Notes: generated by a model from the sequence alone, not told the origin. Numbered from the whole stretch's first letter, positions 9,902-20,721 are shown. The stretch: DNA of 62,778 nucleotides, filler included, from 9 parts of 9 records of this genome joined end to end with filler, not necessarily neighbours in it, one strand, 5' to 3'. Program-made: numbers and translations.

Positions 9902-10942
9902 ATGTTTCACCAGCTGAAAATCCGCGACGTACGGCCTGAAACCGCCCATGCGGTGGCCGTAACATTCGATGCGGATGGCACCGATTTCGCCTGGCAGCCG
10001 GGCCAATATTTGACCCTGCGCGCCACTGTCGATGGGCAGGACATGCGCCGCTCGTATTCGATTGCCAGCCTGCCAGGCCAGCCGGTTTCAGTGGGGATCA
10101 AACATGTGCCGGGTGGGGCTTTTTCCGCTTGGGCGCAGGGGCTTAAGGCGGGTGATCTGCTGCAGGTGATGCCGCCCGAGGGCCGGTTTACGCTGGGCCA
10201 AGAGGGCAATATCGTTTTGGTGGCTGCCGGTTCTGGCATTACGCCTATGGTATCGATTGCGGCGGCGGCCTTGGCCCGGGGGGCGCGGGTGTGCCTGATT
10301 TATGGCAATCGCAATCATGATAGCATTATGTTCCGCCAAGTGCTGGATGATTTGAAAGACCAATATTTGGATCGCCTGACGCTGATCCATATTCTAAGCC
10401 GCGAGCCGCAAGATGTTGCGGTGTTGAACGGGCGGATTACGGGCGAAAAGCTTGCCGCGCTGGCAGCCTCAGGGGCGGTAGATCTGGCGGGGGCCGATGG
10501 GGTTTTTCTATGTGGCCCGGGTGATATGATCGATGATGTTTGCGCCACTTTAAATGAGCTGGGCATAGATCAGGGCCTGGTTCATTTCGAACGGTTTTTC
10601 CAGCCTGGTGATGCCCCGCGCGCGCCCCGTTCGGCGGCGGCGGCAGAGGCGGCAGAGCAGGGCGCCATTGTTGAGGTGGTGCTTGATGGTGCGCGGCGCC
10701 AGTTTAGCATGCAGGCGGGCGATGACACCGTGCTGGATGCCGCTGCGCGCAATGGGCTAGAGCTGCCTTATTCCTGCAAAGGTGGCATGTGCTGCACCTG
10801 CCGCTGCAAGGTGGCTGATGGGCAGGCCGAGATGGCGGTGAATTATTCGCTAGAGGCGTGGGAATTGCAGGCAGGTTTTGTGCTGGCCTGCCAGGCGCGG
10901 CCGACAACCGATAAGCTGGTGCTGGATTTTGATGCCAGCTAG
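9902..10942 (+). CDS. paaE: Phenylacetyl-CoA epoxidase reductase subunit (FAD/NAD, 2Fe-2S)
   Basis: RRSYSI, AAGSGITP, FLCGP and C-terminal PYSCKGGMCCTCRC ferredoxin motifs. Confidence 0.93.
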   Translation: MFHQLKIRDVRPETAHAVAVTFDADGTDFAWQPGQYLTLRATVDGQDMRRSYSIASLPGQPVSVGIKHVPGGAFSAWAQGLKAGDLLQVMPPEGRFTLGQEGNIVLVAAGSGITPMVSIAAAALARGARVCLIYGNRNHDSIMFRQVLDDLKDQYLDRLTLIHILSREPQDVAVLNGRITGEKLAALAASGAVDLAGADGVFLCGPGDMIDDVCATLNELGIDQGLVHFERFFQPGDAPRAPRSAAAAEAAEQGAIVEVVLDGARRQFSMQAGDDTVLDAAARNGLELPYSCKGGMCCTCRCKVADGQAEMAVNYSLEAWELQAGFVLACQARPTTDKLVLDFDAS

Positions 10943-10945
10943 CGC

Positions 10946-11689
10946 TTAGGCGCTGCCAGGTGCGGCCTGTGGCAGCGGCTGCCGGCCCTGTGGGGTTAGC
11001 TGCCACACTTGGCCGTTTTCAAAAACAGCCGCGCTGATGGGGCGGCCATATCCTGCGCCACTGTCCAGGTTGATGCGGTTGCCGTAATGGGTGGCGTGAT
11101 CGACCGGGGTGTGGCCATGTACAACCAAGGCGCCGTGATCGCGCGTGTCGGTGTGAAACACCTCGCGGATCCACAGCATATCGGTTTCGCTTTGCTGGCC
11201 TAGCGGCACGCCGGGGCGAATACCTGCATGCACGAAAAACAGCCCCTCTATGTGATGGCACAGATGCAAGCCACGCAAAAAGGCCGCGTGATGGGGTGGC
11301 ACCTTGGCCAGAATTTCACCGCCCAGTTCAAACAGGCGCCGGCCCTCGATTTCGGTGATGCCGTAGGCGGCCAGCGTCTGGGCGCCGCCAATTTTGGGGC
11401 TGAACCAATGCATGCCCACCAGCATATAGGGGTCGTGCCGCGGGGGTGTTTCCAGATACCATTCAAACATGCGGTCGTGGTTGCCTTTTAGGCACACCCA
11501 ATTGCGCCCGGCCTGCAGCCCCTGGGCCAAGGTTTCCACCACGGCACGGCTATCTGGGCCGCGATCCACGTAATCGCCCAAAAATACGATTGCGGCATCG
11601 GTGCCGCCGTCTTTTTCAATCAGCGCCAGGGTATCTTCCAGCATGGTGTTTTGGCCGTGAATATCGCCAACGGCATAGATTGGTTGCAT
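10946..11689 (-). CDS. Calcineurin-like metallophosphoesterase (Ser/Thr phosphatase family)
   Basis: GDIHG, GDYVDRG, GNHD, VHAG and VHGHT motifs. Start re-placed at ATG 11689. Confidence 0.9.
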   Translation of the reverse strand: MQPIYAVGDIHGQNTMLEDTLALIEKDGGTDAAIVFLGDYVDRGPDSRAVVETLAQGLQAGRNWVCLKGNHDRMFEWYLETPPRHDPYMLVGMHWFSPKIGGAQTLAAYGITEIEGRRLFELGGEILAKVPPHHAAFLRGLHLCHHIEGLFFVHAGIRPGVPLGQQSETDMLWIREVFHTDTRDHGALVVHGHTPVDHATHYGNRINLDSGAGYGRPISAAVFENGQVWQLTPQGRQPLPQAAPGSA

Positions 11690-11785
11690 CAGATCCCCGC
11701 AAATTTCTGGCGCTACAGGGGGCACATGGGCCCGCGCCACAGGCATAGCGGTTTGGGGGCGCGGTGAAAAGCGGGCAGTCAGGCC

Positions 11786-12388
11786 CTAGCTGGCCAGGGG
11801 CACTAGCGGGTCATCCAGCATACGGTAATTTTGGGTGCTGACATCGCCTGACCAGCGCCACATGGCCAACACGCCCTGCCGCCCGGTGCGAAAGGCATGG
11901 GCCAGCATGCTGGGGTGGTGGATCATATCGCCGGGGTGTTTCCATGTGGTGGTATCGCCCGCTGTCCAATGGGCGCTGCCGGCCAGAATGGTATAGGTTT
12001 CATCGGCGGGGTGGTCGTGCAGGCCGTAATAGGCATTGGCGGTTTGATAAAACAGGCCCATGCGCAGGTTTAGCGCGGCAATGGGCGCGCTGTCGCCCAG
12101 CAGTTCGGCCACGGCAAAAATGGGCTGTGCGGGCCCGGTGCTGACAGGGTTTGTGCCCCAGGGGATGGTGTGAAACCCCTGCAACAGGGCCTGTGCGGCG
12201 GGCAGGGGCGATTGCTCCAAAAGGGCGCGCATTTCTGCGTGAAACGGGCCGGCCTGCTGGGGCGTGGCCAGCGCATCGGGGCCAAGGCCGGCCAGCAGCT
12301 GGGCGGTTTGCGTGGCCTCTGGCCGGTTTTCGCTGTGCAGCAAATCGGCCAAGGCGGTGATGGCGTTTATATGCGTGCTATGGCCCAT
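11786..12388 (-). CDS. Cupin of the DMSP lyase (DddQ/DddL-like) family
   Basis: YYGLHDHPADETYTILAG cupin motif 1 and PGDMIHHPSMLAHAFRT...LAMWRWSGD motif 2. Start re-placed at ATG 12388. Confidence 0.72.
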   Translation of the reverse strand: MGHSTHINAITALADLLHSENRPEATQTAQLLAGLGPDALATPQQAGPFHAEMRALLEQSPLPAAQALLQGFHTIPWGTNPVSTGPAQPIFAVAELLGDSAPIAALNLRMGLFYQTANAYYGLHDHPADETYTILAGSAHWTAGDTTTWKHPGDMIHHPSMLAHAFRTGRQGVLAMWRWSGDVSTQNYRMLDDPLVPLAS

Positions 12389-12476
12389 ATTGGCCCCCGG
12401 TAACATTTGGGCCAATGCTGCGCGGGTTTTGCCCTGCGGTCTGTGCACGCGCCGACATGGGCAGGTCGCAAAATGC

Positions 12477-12505
12477 AAAGGGGCACCGCTGGGGTGCCCC
12501 TTTTT
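12477..12505. terminator. Intrinsic terminator downstream of serA
   Basis: AAAGGGGCACC-loop-GGTGCCCCTTT hairpin with A/T tails. Confidence 0.7.
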
Positions 12506-12524
12506 GTGGGTTCTGGTGGGCCGC

Positions 12525-13725
12525 TTAAGCCACGTCAAATTCCAGTGGCTTGATTTGCTGGAACAGGCCGGTTGCGGCCAGTTCGCTCAGCACGGGTGCG
12601 GCTGGGGCGGCATCGAGATAAAGCAGCGCAATCGCCTCGCCGCCCGCTTTGGCGCGCCCAAGGGTAAAGTTGGCAATATTGACGCCATGTTTGCCCATGC
12701 TGCCGCCCAAGGCACCGATGATGCCGGGCACGTCTTCGTTGGTGGTATATAGCATATGCGCACCCACCTCGGCATCGATATTGATGCCCTTGATCTGGAT
12801 AAAGCGCGGTTTGCCATCCGAGAAACAGGTGCCCGCAACCGAGCGTTCGCGCTTGCCGGTGACAACGGTTACTTTCACATACCCATCAAAGGCGCCCGAT
12901 TTATCCTGGTTGGTGGTGCTGATCTTGATACCGCGTTCCTTGGCGATCACGGGTGCCGACACCATGTTTACGTCGGGGTTGGCGCGGCTCATGATGCCGG
13001 CCACAACGGCACAGTTCAGCGCGGCCAGGTTCATATCGGCCACAACGCCATCGTAGAGAATATTGATGGCTTTGATCGGTTCGTCGGTCATCTGGCCGAT
13101 GAAGCTGCCCAAATGGCCGGCCAGTTTCACCCAAGGGCCCATAACCTTGGCTTCTTCGGCCGTCATCGAGGGCATGTTCAGCGCGTTTTCCACTGCCCCA
13201 TCCAGCAGATAGTTCGACATCTGTTCAGCCACTTGCAGCGCCACGTTTTCCTGCGCTTCGGTGGTGGCGGCGCCCAGATGCGGGGTGCACACCACGTTTG
13301 GCAGGTTAAACAGCGGGTTTTCGATGGCCGGCTCGACGCTGAACACATCAAAGGCGGCGCCGGCCACATGGCCCGATTTCAGCATATCTGCCAGCGCCTC
13401 TTCGTCTACCAGCCCACCGCGGGCACAGTTGATGATGCGCACGCCTTTCTTGGTTTTCTGCAGGTTCTCGCGGCTTAGAATGTTGCGGGTGCCATCGGTC
13501 AGCGGCACATGCAGCGTGATGAAATCGGCGCGTGCAAGCAGCTCGTCCAGCTCTACTTTCTCGACGCCCATTTTCTCGGCCTTGTCATTGGACAAAAACG
13601 GATCATACGCCACCACCTTCATGCGCAGCCCGCGGGCACGGTCGCACACGATGCCGCCGATATTGCCAGCCCCGATCACGCCCAGGGTTTTTGCCGTCAG
13701 CTCGACCCCCATGAATTTGGATTTT
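12525..13725 (-). CDS. serA: D-3-phosphoglycerate dehydrogenase (5' truncated)
   Basis: GVIGAGNIG, INCARGG and TPHLGAATTEAQ motifs, with C-terminal ASB and ACT domains. Confidence 0.95.
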
Positions 13726-13825
13726 NNNNNNNNNNNNNNNNNNNNNNNNNNNNNNNNNNNNNNNNNNNNTTAATTAATTAANNNNNNNNNNNNNNNNNNN
13801 NNNNNNNNNNNNNNNNNNNNNNNNN

Positions 13826-13961
13826 TGAACTGGTTCATCCCCGCGTTGGTAAACAACAGCGTGGGGTCGTCATGCGGCACCAGGGAGCTGCTGGCTACCC
13901 GGGTATGCTCGTGCGTCTCGAAGAAAGCAAGGAAAGCCTCGCGGATCTCACCGGTTTTCAT
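13826..13961 (-). CDS. alaS: Alanine--tRNA ligase, N-terminus (3' truncated)
   Basis: [10 protein letters not shown]...[22 protein letters not shown]. Confidence 0.93.
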
Positions 13962-13991
13962 AGTAATTCTCAGTCAGTGTCAGGGGCGGGA

Positions 13992-14339
13992 TCAGCCCAC
14001 CATGTGGCCTTCGGCGAATTCGCGCCCGGCAATAATGTGCAGGTGAAGGTGAAACACGGTCTGTCCGGCGCCGGCGCCGTTGTTCACGATCAGTCGGAAC
14101 GCGTCTCCCACCCCCAGCTGTTCGGCTACCCTGCCCGCCGCCAGCATGAGATGACCCAGCAGGGCCTGGTCATCCGGCTGTGCATCCACCAGGCGCGGGA
14201 TGCCGCGCTTGGGAATCACCAGCACGTGTACCGGCGCTTGCGGATTGATATCGTTAATCGCGATGCAGTGCTCGTCCTCGTAGAGGAATTCGCTGGGAAT
14301 ATCGCCGCTGATGATCTTGCCAAAAATAGTGTCGGACAT
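13992..14339 (-). CDS. HIT (histidine triad) nucleotide-binding protein
   Basis: DINPQAPVHVLVIPK and GQTVFHLHLHII motifs. Confidence 0.93.
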   Translation of the reverse strand: MSDTIFGKIISGDIPSEFLYEDEHCIAINDINPQAPVHVLVIPKRGIPRLVDAQPDDQALLGHLMLAAGRVAEQLGVGDAFRLIVNNGAGAGQTVFHLHLHIIAGREFAEGHMVG

Positions 14340-14351
14340 GATCCCGGCCTC

Positions 14352-14537
14352 CTAGCCCAGTTTTTCGTCGGCGGTGAGCTGGCGAGCCTCGCTCTCCAGC
14401 ATGACCGGAATACCGTCACGCACCGGGTAGGCGAGGCCACTGGCCTTACAGATCAGCTCGTCTTTGGCCTCGTCATACTCCAGCGGCGCCTTGGTCACCG
14501 GGCACACCAGGATACTCAGCAGTTTCTTGTCAATCAT
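14352..14537 (-). CDS. Trm112-family protein (YcaR-like)
   Basis: [14 protein letters not shown]...[27 protein letters not shown]. Confidence 0.92.
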   Translation of the reverse strand: MIDKKLLSILVCPVTKAPLEYDEAKDELICKASGLAYPVRDGIPVMLESEARQLTADEKLG

Positions 14538-14580
14538 GGCCGTGGGCACTCCTTGCGGGGGCGCCATTATACGGATTTTT

Positions 14581-15444
14581 TCAGGGCGAGGGCAGCAGCT
14601 CAGCCATCGGCGGCACCAGCAATTGCGGGTCGATGCGCTCGTCGCGCCAGCTCATCCGCCAATCCAGATGCGGACCGGTGGCGCGGCCGGTGGCACCCAC
14701 TTCACCGATAACGTCGCCGGTGGCCACTTCCTGTCCGGGGGTCACCCTGACCTTGCTCAGGTGCAGGAAGGAGGATGACAGGCGATAGCCGTGATCGAGG
14801 ATGATCGTACCGCCGGAATAGAACAGGTCCGACTCCGCCAGGGTCACGATCCCCGGAGCCGGCGCACGAACCAGCGTGCCGGTGGGTACGGCCACATCCA
14901 CGCCGTAATGCGGACTACCGGGCCGGCCATTGTAGATGCGCTGGCTGCCGTAGACGCCGGATATCGGGCCGATCGCCGGCCAGCTGAAGCCGCCGATGGC
15001 CGCCGCCAGCAGGTCCGGCCGCTGGTAGCTGCGTGCCTTGGCCGCCCTGACCAGCTCCCGCTCGCGAGCAATCCGCTCCTGGTCCGCCGGGTCCGGGGTT
15101 ACCGTGCGCTGGGGAACCCCCTCGACCCGCTGGATATTGTACTGGCGCGGCGCAATTCGCACAGTGCGCGAACAATTCACCGGCCCTGCGAGAGTCAGCT
15201 GGAAGCTCAGCTGCGCATCCCGGCCGAGACCGAACAGCACCGTGCCGTCCGCCAGTACGTCCAGCGGCTCGCCGTCCAGGCTTAGCTTTGTGCCAGGTGC
15301 CAGCTGCGCCCATACCAGGCCACCCTGGGTGAGATTGCCGTCGAGTTGCACACAGTCGCGGCCAGTCGGCTGCGTACCGGCATCTGTGGCAGCGGCCAGG
15401 GCTGAAAAAAAAGTGCACAGTAACAGCAACACGCGGCCAGGCAT
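14581..15444 (-). CDS. M23-family metallopeptidase with signal peptide
   Basis: HYGVD (HxxxD) and TGPHLDW motifs. Hydrophobic N-terminus from ATG 15444. Confidence 0.88.
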   Translation of the reverse strand: MPGRVLLLLCTFFSALAAATDAGTQPTGRDCVQLDGNLTQGGLVWAQLAPGTKLSLDGEPLDVLADGTVLFGLGRDAQLSFQLTLAGPVNCSRTVRIAPRQYNIQRVEGVPQRTVTPDPADQERIARERELVRAAKARSYQRPDLLAAAIGGFSWPAIGPISGVYGSQRIYNGRPGSPHYGVDVAVPTGTLVRAPAPGIVTLAESDLFYSGGTIILDHGYRLSSSFLHLSKVRVTPGQEVATGDVIGEVGATGRATGPHLDWRMSWRDERIDPQLLVPPMAELLPSP

Positions 15445-15592
15445 GACAGGGAGGCTCCAGGTTCGGTAATTGACGGCCACAAGTGTAACGCCTGCTGCCC
15501 TCGAATAAGAACCCATAGCGACCACCGTGAACGAAAACAGTGGTCGGGCTGACCGGCTTTCACGCACGGGTTTTCGCGCTACACTGCCGCGC

Positions 15593-16093
15593 ATGGGACG
15601 CTACCGACCACCGCGACGCCGCGGCTCTACCTACATCACCCCCGAGGGTGAGGCGACCCTGCGCGCGGAACTGCACCAGCTGTGGAAGGTCGAACGGCCG
15701 GTAGTCACCAACGCGGTACACGAGGCGGCCAAGAACGGCGACCGCTCGGAAAACGGTGACTACATCTACGGCAAGAGACGGCTGCGGGAAATCGATTCCC
15801 GGGTGCGCTTCCTCAATAAGCGCCTGGACGAACTACAGGTGGTAGATCGTCCGCCAGGGGACACCGGCAAGGTGTTCTTCGGTGCCTGGGTGACGCTGGA
15901 AGACGAGGACGGCACTGAGGTCTGCTGGCGGATCGTCGGCCCCGATGAGTTCGACCTCGGCAAGGGCAAACTCAGCATGGATTCACCCATGGCCCGGGCC
16001 ATGCTGGGCAAACGCCTCGATGACGAGGTACAGGTGCACAGCCCCTCCGGCGATCGGTGCTACTACATCACCGCCATCCGCTACGGCGAGTAA
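15593..16093 (+). CDS. greB: Transcription elongation factor GreB
   Basis: YITPEG, GDRSENGDYIYGKRRLREIDSRVRFL and SMDSPMARAMLGK motifs. Confidence 0.95.
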   Translation: MGRYRPPRRRGSTYITPEGEATLRAELHQLWKVERPVVTNAVHEAAKNGDRSENGDYIYGKRRLREIDSRVRFLNKRLDELQVVDRPPGDTGKVFFGAWVTLEDEDGTEVCWRIVGPDEFDLGKGKLSMDSPMARAMLGKRLDDEVQVHSPSGDRCYYITAIRYGE

Positions 16094-16110
16094 GCGGCGG
16101 TCCGGGGCAT

Positions 16111-16140
16111 AAAAAAGGCGGCCTTCTGCCGCCTTCTTTC
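16111..16140. terminator. Bidirectional intrinsic terminator between convergent greB and the TonB receptor
   Basis: AAAAAAGGCGGC-CTTCT-GCCGCCTTCTTT. Confidence 0.75.
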
Positions 16141-16159
16141 TCGCCCTTCCCGGACGGGA

Positions 16160-18274
16160 TCAGAATACCCACTCCAGCCCGACCGAGGCCGTGCGCGGCT
16201 TATTGGGTCGCGCGCCGTCCGGCTGGCGCGAGACGATTGACTGCTCGTCCATCAGGTTCTCAACCTTGAGGAACAGCACCGCATCGTTCGCCAGCGTGTA
16301 GCGGCTGATGTAATCGATTACCAGCAGGTCTTCGCTGCGTGCGAAACGATCACTGCTGTTATTGCAACCGATATCCATGCACATCTCGTCGATGTACTTG
16401 GCTACCGCGTAATTGTCCCAGCCGAAGCTGGTCTCCAGCCCCATGCGCAGGCTGAATACATTCTCCGGGACGGACGCCAGCTGGTCGCCATCGAGGAAAC
16501 CCTGCTCGGCGTTGTCTGCACTGATTTGTGCCTCGGTATAGGTGTACATCATGTCCAGCGGCAGGGAGAGCCCCGCAAACTCCAGGGTAGTACCGGCCTG
16601 CAGTTCCAGGCCGGCGATGATCGCCTCCCCGGTATTCAGCGAGCCGGAGGTTGCCCCGTTGCTACAGGGGCTGGCGTTGGAGCAGTTCTCCGTTTTGTTT
16701 TCGAAGTCACTATAAAAACCAATAGCCTCGACAAACCAGCTTCCGCGATAGCGAACTCCGGCTTCCCAGTTGGTGCTGGTCTCCGGGTCTTCGTTCTCTT
16801 TGGCCCCGCCGCCGAGCGGGGAAAAGCCACGGTGGACGCCGGCAAGTACCTGCCAGTTGTTACTGAGGTCATAGGTGAAAGAGGCACCCGGCAGCCATTC
16901 AGCGGAATCATTAGCCAGCCGGCTCGGTAATTCATCGCGAGCGGGATCGGCGTACTGGCGCCGGGAGGACTCCACATCCTCGTAGCGCAACGCCAGGTTC
17001 AGGTTGAACGCGTCGGTCAGCTGCCAGCTGTCCACTGCCCAGAAACTGAGTGCGTCCGCAGATTCGAAGCGATTGTCGCCGCCGACGGGCAGTTTGACAC
17101 CGGTGAATACCAGCTCGCCGTCGACCTGGTCATACAGGTCCACCGGCTGGTAGCGGTCCATCTCGTCTTCGTGCACCCGGCCACCGAGTGCCAACTGGTG
17201 GGCGCCGAGATCCAGATCAACGTTCAGGTCGAAGCCGCGGCTCTGGTACTCGCGGCTGTTGTGCTTGTAGGACAGGCCCTGCACGTCCACCGAACCATCG
17301 AGGATACCCTGTGCCAGCGTATCACCCGCGTTGGCGGCGGTGATATAGCTGTTGCCGCCGCTCAGCTTGAACCAGTCCCGCGCAAACTCGTTCTGGTAGG
17401 CGATAGCGGTCAGTCTCACCTCATCTGTCAGGCTGAGCCTGTAGGTCAGGTTATAGCCCTGGTGATCGTTATCCATCTCGTCGATAGACGACAGGCCATA
17501 GCGCCGGTTCTCGTCCCGTTTGAAGTCCGCATCGGTCAGCCCGAGGTAGGTTTCATCGGATGTCTCACGGGAATACTGGGCCTTCAACAGCAGGCTCTGG
17601 CTGTCCCCTTCCCAGCCCAGCTTCACCACGTAGTCCTGGATGTCGTAGCCGGTGTCCCGGCTGCTGCGATCGATGTCCTTGAAGCCATCGCTGCGCCGCT
17701 GGGCAGTTTCTACCAGGAAACCGAGCTCACCCGCGCGTCCACCGTAACTGGCCAGCAGGTCCATTTCGTTGTTCTGGCCATAGCGCAGATTCAGGCTGCC
17801 AGCATTCTCGGTCGGGATCGGCGTGGACACGAGATTGACCACCCCACCGGTGGTCTGCGGCCCGTAACGCAGCAGGGGAGCACCCTTCAGAATCTCGATC
17901 GACTGCATCCGCAAGGTAGTGGGGAAGTAATAGGCGGCGGGATTGGAGTACGGTGCCGGCGCGATCATGACTCCGTCTTCCATCAGGGTGACCTTGGAAG
18001 CCCGCTCCGAGGTGGCGCCGCGAATGCCGATATTGGGGCGCAGGCCGTAGCCGTCCTCCTCCTGGATGTACACCCCCGGTACCGTCTTGAGCAGCTGGTT
18101 GATGTCGCCGGCGGCCTCAATCCTGATCTGCTGCTCATCCACCACCGCACCGGAGCCGGCCAGCGCTCGCGCCGCCTCCTGGTCCCCGACAATGGTGATC
18201 TCCTCCAGCGCAGAGCCATAAGCAACTGCACTGGCAGCGGCGGTGACGGCCGCGACGATAAGGTGGCGCTTCAT
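16160..18274 (-). CDS. TonB-dependent outer-membrane receptor (FecA-like, probably iron-related)
   Basis: Signal peptide, LEEITIVG TonB box, plug PGVYIQEEDGYGLRPNIGIRG and C-terminal Phe. Fur-like boxes upstream. Confidence 0.9.
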   Translation of the reverse strand: MKRHLIVAAVTAAASAVAYGSALEEITIVGDQEAARALAGSGAVVDEQQIRIEAAGDINQLLKTVPGVYIQEEDGYGLRPNIGIRGATSERASKVTLMEDGVMIAPAPYSNPAAYYFPTTLRMQSIEILKGAPLLRYGPQTTGGVVNLVSTPIPTENAGSLNLRYGQNNEMDLLASYGGRAGELGFLVETAQRRSDGFKDIDRSSRDTGYDIQDYVVKLGWEGDSQSLLLKAQYSRETSDETYLGLTDADFKRDENRRYGLSSIDEMDNDHQGYNLTYRLSLTDEVRLTAIAYQNEFARDWFKLSGGNSYITAANAGDTLAQGILDGSVDVQGLSYKHNSREYQSRGFDLNVDLDLGAHQLALGGRVHEDEMDRYQPVDLYDQVDGELVFTGVKLPVGGDNRFESADALSFWAVDSWQLTDAFNLNLALRYEDVESSRRQYADPARDELPSRLANDSAEWLPGASFTYDLSNNWQVLAGVHRGFSPLGGGAKENEDPETSTNWEAGVRYRGSWFVEAIGFYSDFENKTENCSNASPCSNGATSGSLNTGEAIIAGLELQAGTTLEFAGLSLPLDMMYTYTEAQISADNAEQGFLDGDQLASVPENVFSLRMGLETSFGWDNYAVAKYIDEMCMDIGCNNSSDRFARSEDLLVIDYISRYTLANDAVLFLKVENLMDEQSIVSRQPDGARPNKPRTASVGLEWVF

Positions 18275-18348
18275 AGATGGCGAAATCCCTGTTCCTGAGG
18301 GCACCGGGTCACGGGCCCCTTGAGCTATGGTCTGCCGAGGATACTAAT

Positions 18349-18391
18349 AGGAATAATTCTCATTTGCAATAACAAGTGAGAATGATTCGCG
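18349..18391 (-). promoter_or_regulatory. Two Fur-box-like sites upstream of the TonB receptor
   Basis: The reverse strand of 18349-18367 reads GCAAATGAGAATTATTCCT. A second site CAAGTGAGAATGATTCGCG lies at 18373-18391. Both resemble GATAATGATAATCATTATC. Confidence 0.75.
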
Positions 18392-18405
18392 TTGCTTGTG
18401 ACGGC

Positions 18406-19623
18406 TTACTCCAGCGCAGCGTAAACCAGGGATTCCAGCTGGCCGCGGAAGTTGAAGGTGCTGGAGGGAATCAGCTGGGTCATGAAAATAACGATCAGGT
18501 CCTCAACCGGGTCGACCCAGAACAGGGTGCTGGCCAGGCCACCCCAGTAGAAGGTGCCCTCGGACGCGGGATAGCCATTGGCAATCGGGTCGACCTTGCT
18601 GGCAAAGCCCAGGCCAAAGCCCGCACCCTGGTAGGCGGTCTCGCTGAAGCTGCCGACCGCATAGGCCGACATATCGGCGCCACCGGGGATATGGTTGGCC
18701 GCCATGAATTCCAGAGTGCGCGAGCCGAGCACGCGCTGACCGTCGAGGCTGCCGCCGTTGCCCAGCATGCGGCAGAATTGCAGATAGTCCGCCACGGTCG
18801 ACACCAGGCCGCCACCGCCGGAGAAAAAGGTGCGGTCCCGGTAGCGGCTATCCTGGCCGTCATCCTGTAATTCCAGTTCCTTGGCAAAGTTGCGCTGGTA
18901 GCAGGAGGCAAAGCGCGGTAGCTGGTCATCGCGGATGTTAAACCCGGTGTCGACCATGCCCAAGGGATCAAACAGGGTCTCCTGCAGGTAATCGGGAAAC
19001 GACTTGCCGCTGATCACTTCGACCAGGTAGCCCAACACATCGGTGGCAATCGAGTAGTTCCAGCACTCCCCCGGGGAAAAAGCCAGCGGCAGCTCGGCGA
19101 GCTGCCCGATCATGTCCTTCAGGGTGCTGCCGGGAACCGGGTTGCCCACCTGCAGCTTGCGATAGGCATAGTCAATGTTCCCCGCCCGCAGGAAATCGTA
19201 GGTCAGGCCGGAGGTGTGCATCAGCAGGTCACGCACCGTCATCGGCCGGTCACAGGGCCGGGTGTCAAACAGCGGATAGCTGCCCGCGCGCCACACCCGC
19301 AGATCGCGCCACTCGGGGATGTAGCGGTGTACCGGGTCTTCCAGCGCCACCAGGCCGCGCTCGAACAGGGTCATCAGCGCTACCGAGGTAATCGGTTTGG
19401 TCATGGAGTAGATACGGAATACCGTATCCTCGGTCAGGGTCGTACCGCGCTCGCGGTCGCGCAGCCCGGCAGCCTCGTGGAAACAGACCTGGTTGTCCCG
19501 CGCCACAAGCACCTGGTAGCCGGGAATCTTGCCCGGCTGCAGGTAACGGGACTGCAGATGCTGGCTGATGCGCGCCAGTTGTTGCCCGTTGAGGCCGACT
19601 GACTCAGGTGTAACGATTTCCAT
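18406..19623 (-). CDS. Serine hydrolase, beta-lactamase class C / family VIII esterase-like
   Basis: FRIYSMTKP (SxxK), [16 protein letters not shown] and GGGGLVST motifs. Start re-placed at ATG 19623. Confidence 0.88.
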   Translation of the reverse strand: MEIVTPESVGLNGQQLARISQHLQSRYLQPGKIPGYQVLVARDNQVCFHEAAGLRDRERGTTLTEDTVFRIYSMTKPITSVALMTLFERGLVALEDPVHRYIPEWRDLRVWRAGSYPLFDTRPCDRPMTVRDLLMHTSGLTYDFLRAGNIDYAYRKLQVGNPVPGSTLKDMIGQLAELPLAFSPGECWNYSIATDVLGYLVEVISGKSFPDYLQETLFDPLGMVDTGFNIRDDQLPRFASCYQRNFAKELELQDDGQDSRYRDRTFFSGGGGLVSTVADYLQFCRMLGNGGSLDGQRVLGSRTLEFMAANHIPGGADMSAYAVGSFSETAYQGAGFGLGFASKVDPIANGYPASEGTFYWGGLASTLFWVDPVEDLIVIFMTQLIPSSTFNFRGQLESLVYAALE

Positions 19624-19878
19624 AGGGTATCCCCGGCTGTGCAGGGCGCAGAGTGTCACCCGCCGGGCGCTTTCAGGCAAGTTCAGGCAAACGCCTGTGC
19701 CATCCGTGCGCGCAGCGGCGCAAGTGCGCCACCAGCTCTACCAGCGTCAGGGTACTGTAATCGGGCTCAGACACTGGTCACTATCCGTACAATCAATTGC
19801 CCGCGCACGGCGTCACTGCTAATATCGCGGCCTTGCCAGTCACCCCTGATTTACCTCGTTTCGCGCGCCGGAGACCCT

Positions 19879-20721
19879 ATGAGCCGCCCGTCCCTGTTTG
19901 AGCTGGAAAACCACGCCGATTTCATCCGCAGGCACATCGGCCCAACGGCACGGCAGCAGCAGGAAATGGCCCAGGCCATCGGCTACGACAGCCTCGATGC
20001 CCTGATCGACGACACCGTTCCGGCTGCAATCCGCCGCCCACAGCCGATGGACCTGCCGGGTCCGCAAACCGAGCAGAGCGTAATCGCCCGGCTGCGCGCG
20101 ATCGCTGCAAAGAATGTGATCAACCGGTCCTACATCGGTACCGGCTACTACGACACCTATACTCCGGCGGTGATCCAGCGCAACGTGCTGGAAAACCCGG
20201 GCTGGTACACCGCCTACACGCCCTACCAGCCGGAGATTTCCCAGGGCCGACTGGAAGCGCTGCTGACCTACCAGCAGATGATCATGGACCTGACCGGGAT
20301 GGCACTGGCCAACGCTTCCATGCTGGACGAAGGCACCGCCGCCGCCGAAGCCATGACCCTGCTGCACCGGGTGAACAAGAAGAATCGGAGCAATGTGTTC
20401 CTGGTGGCGCAGGACTGTCACCCCCAGACGATCGCGGTGGTAAAGACCCGCGCCCACGCCCTGGATATCGAGGTGATCGTCGGTGATCCCGCGCAGCTGC
20501 TGGCAAGCAACGAGGCTTTCGGACTGCTGGTGCAATACCCGGGAACCTACGGCGACGTCCACGATATCCAGCCGCTGATCGAGCGCGCCCACGACGTGAA
20601 TACCCTGGTCACGGTAGCCAGTGACCTGCTGGCCCTGCTGATGCTGAAATCGCCGGGTGCCATGGGCGCTGATGTCGTGGTCGGCAACAGCCAGCGCTTT
20701 GGCGTCCCCATGGGCTTTGGC
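19879..20721 (+). CDS. gcvP: Glycine dehydrogenase (decarboxylating) P protein, N-terminal part (3' truncated)
   Basis: [41 protein letters not shown] and [11 protein letters not shown] motifs. Confidence 0.96.

Noticed and set aside
18406-19623. Possible beta-lactam resistance gene
   Set aside because: The SxxK serine hydrolase resembles widespread family VIII esterase-like proteins. It has no signal peptide and no mobile context.
19640-19878. Possible glycine riboswitch upstream of gcvP
   Set aside because: A CTTTCAGG is present, but I could not find the GGAGA and CCGAAG elements in the correct order.
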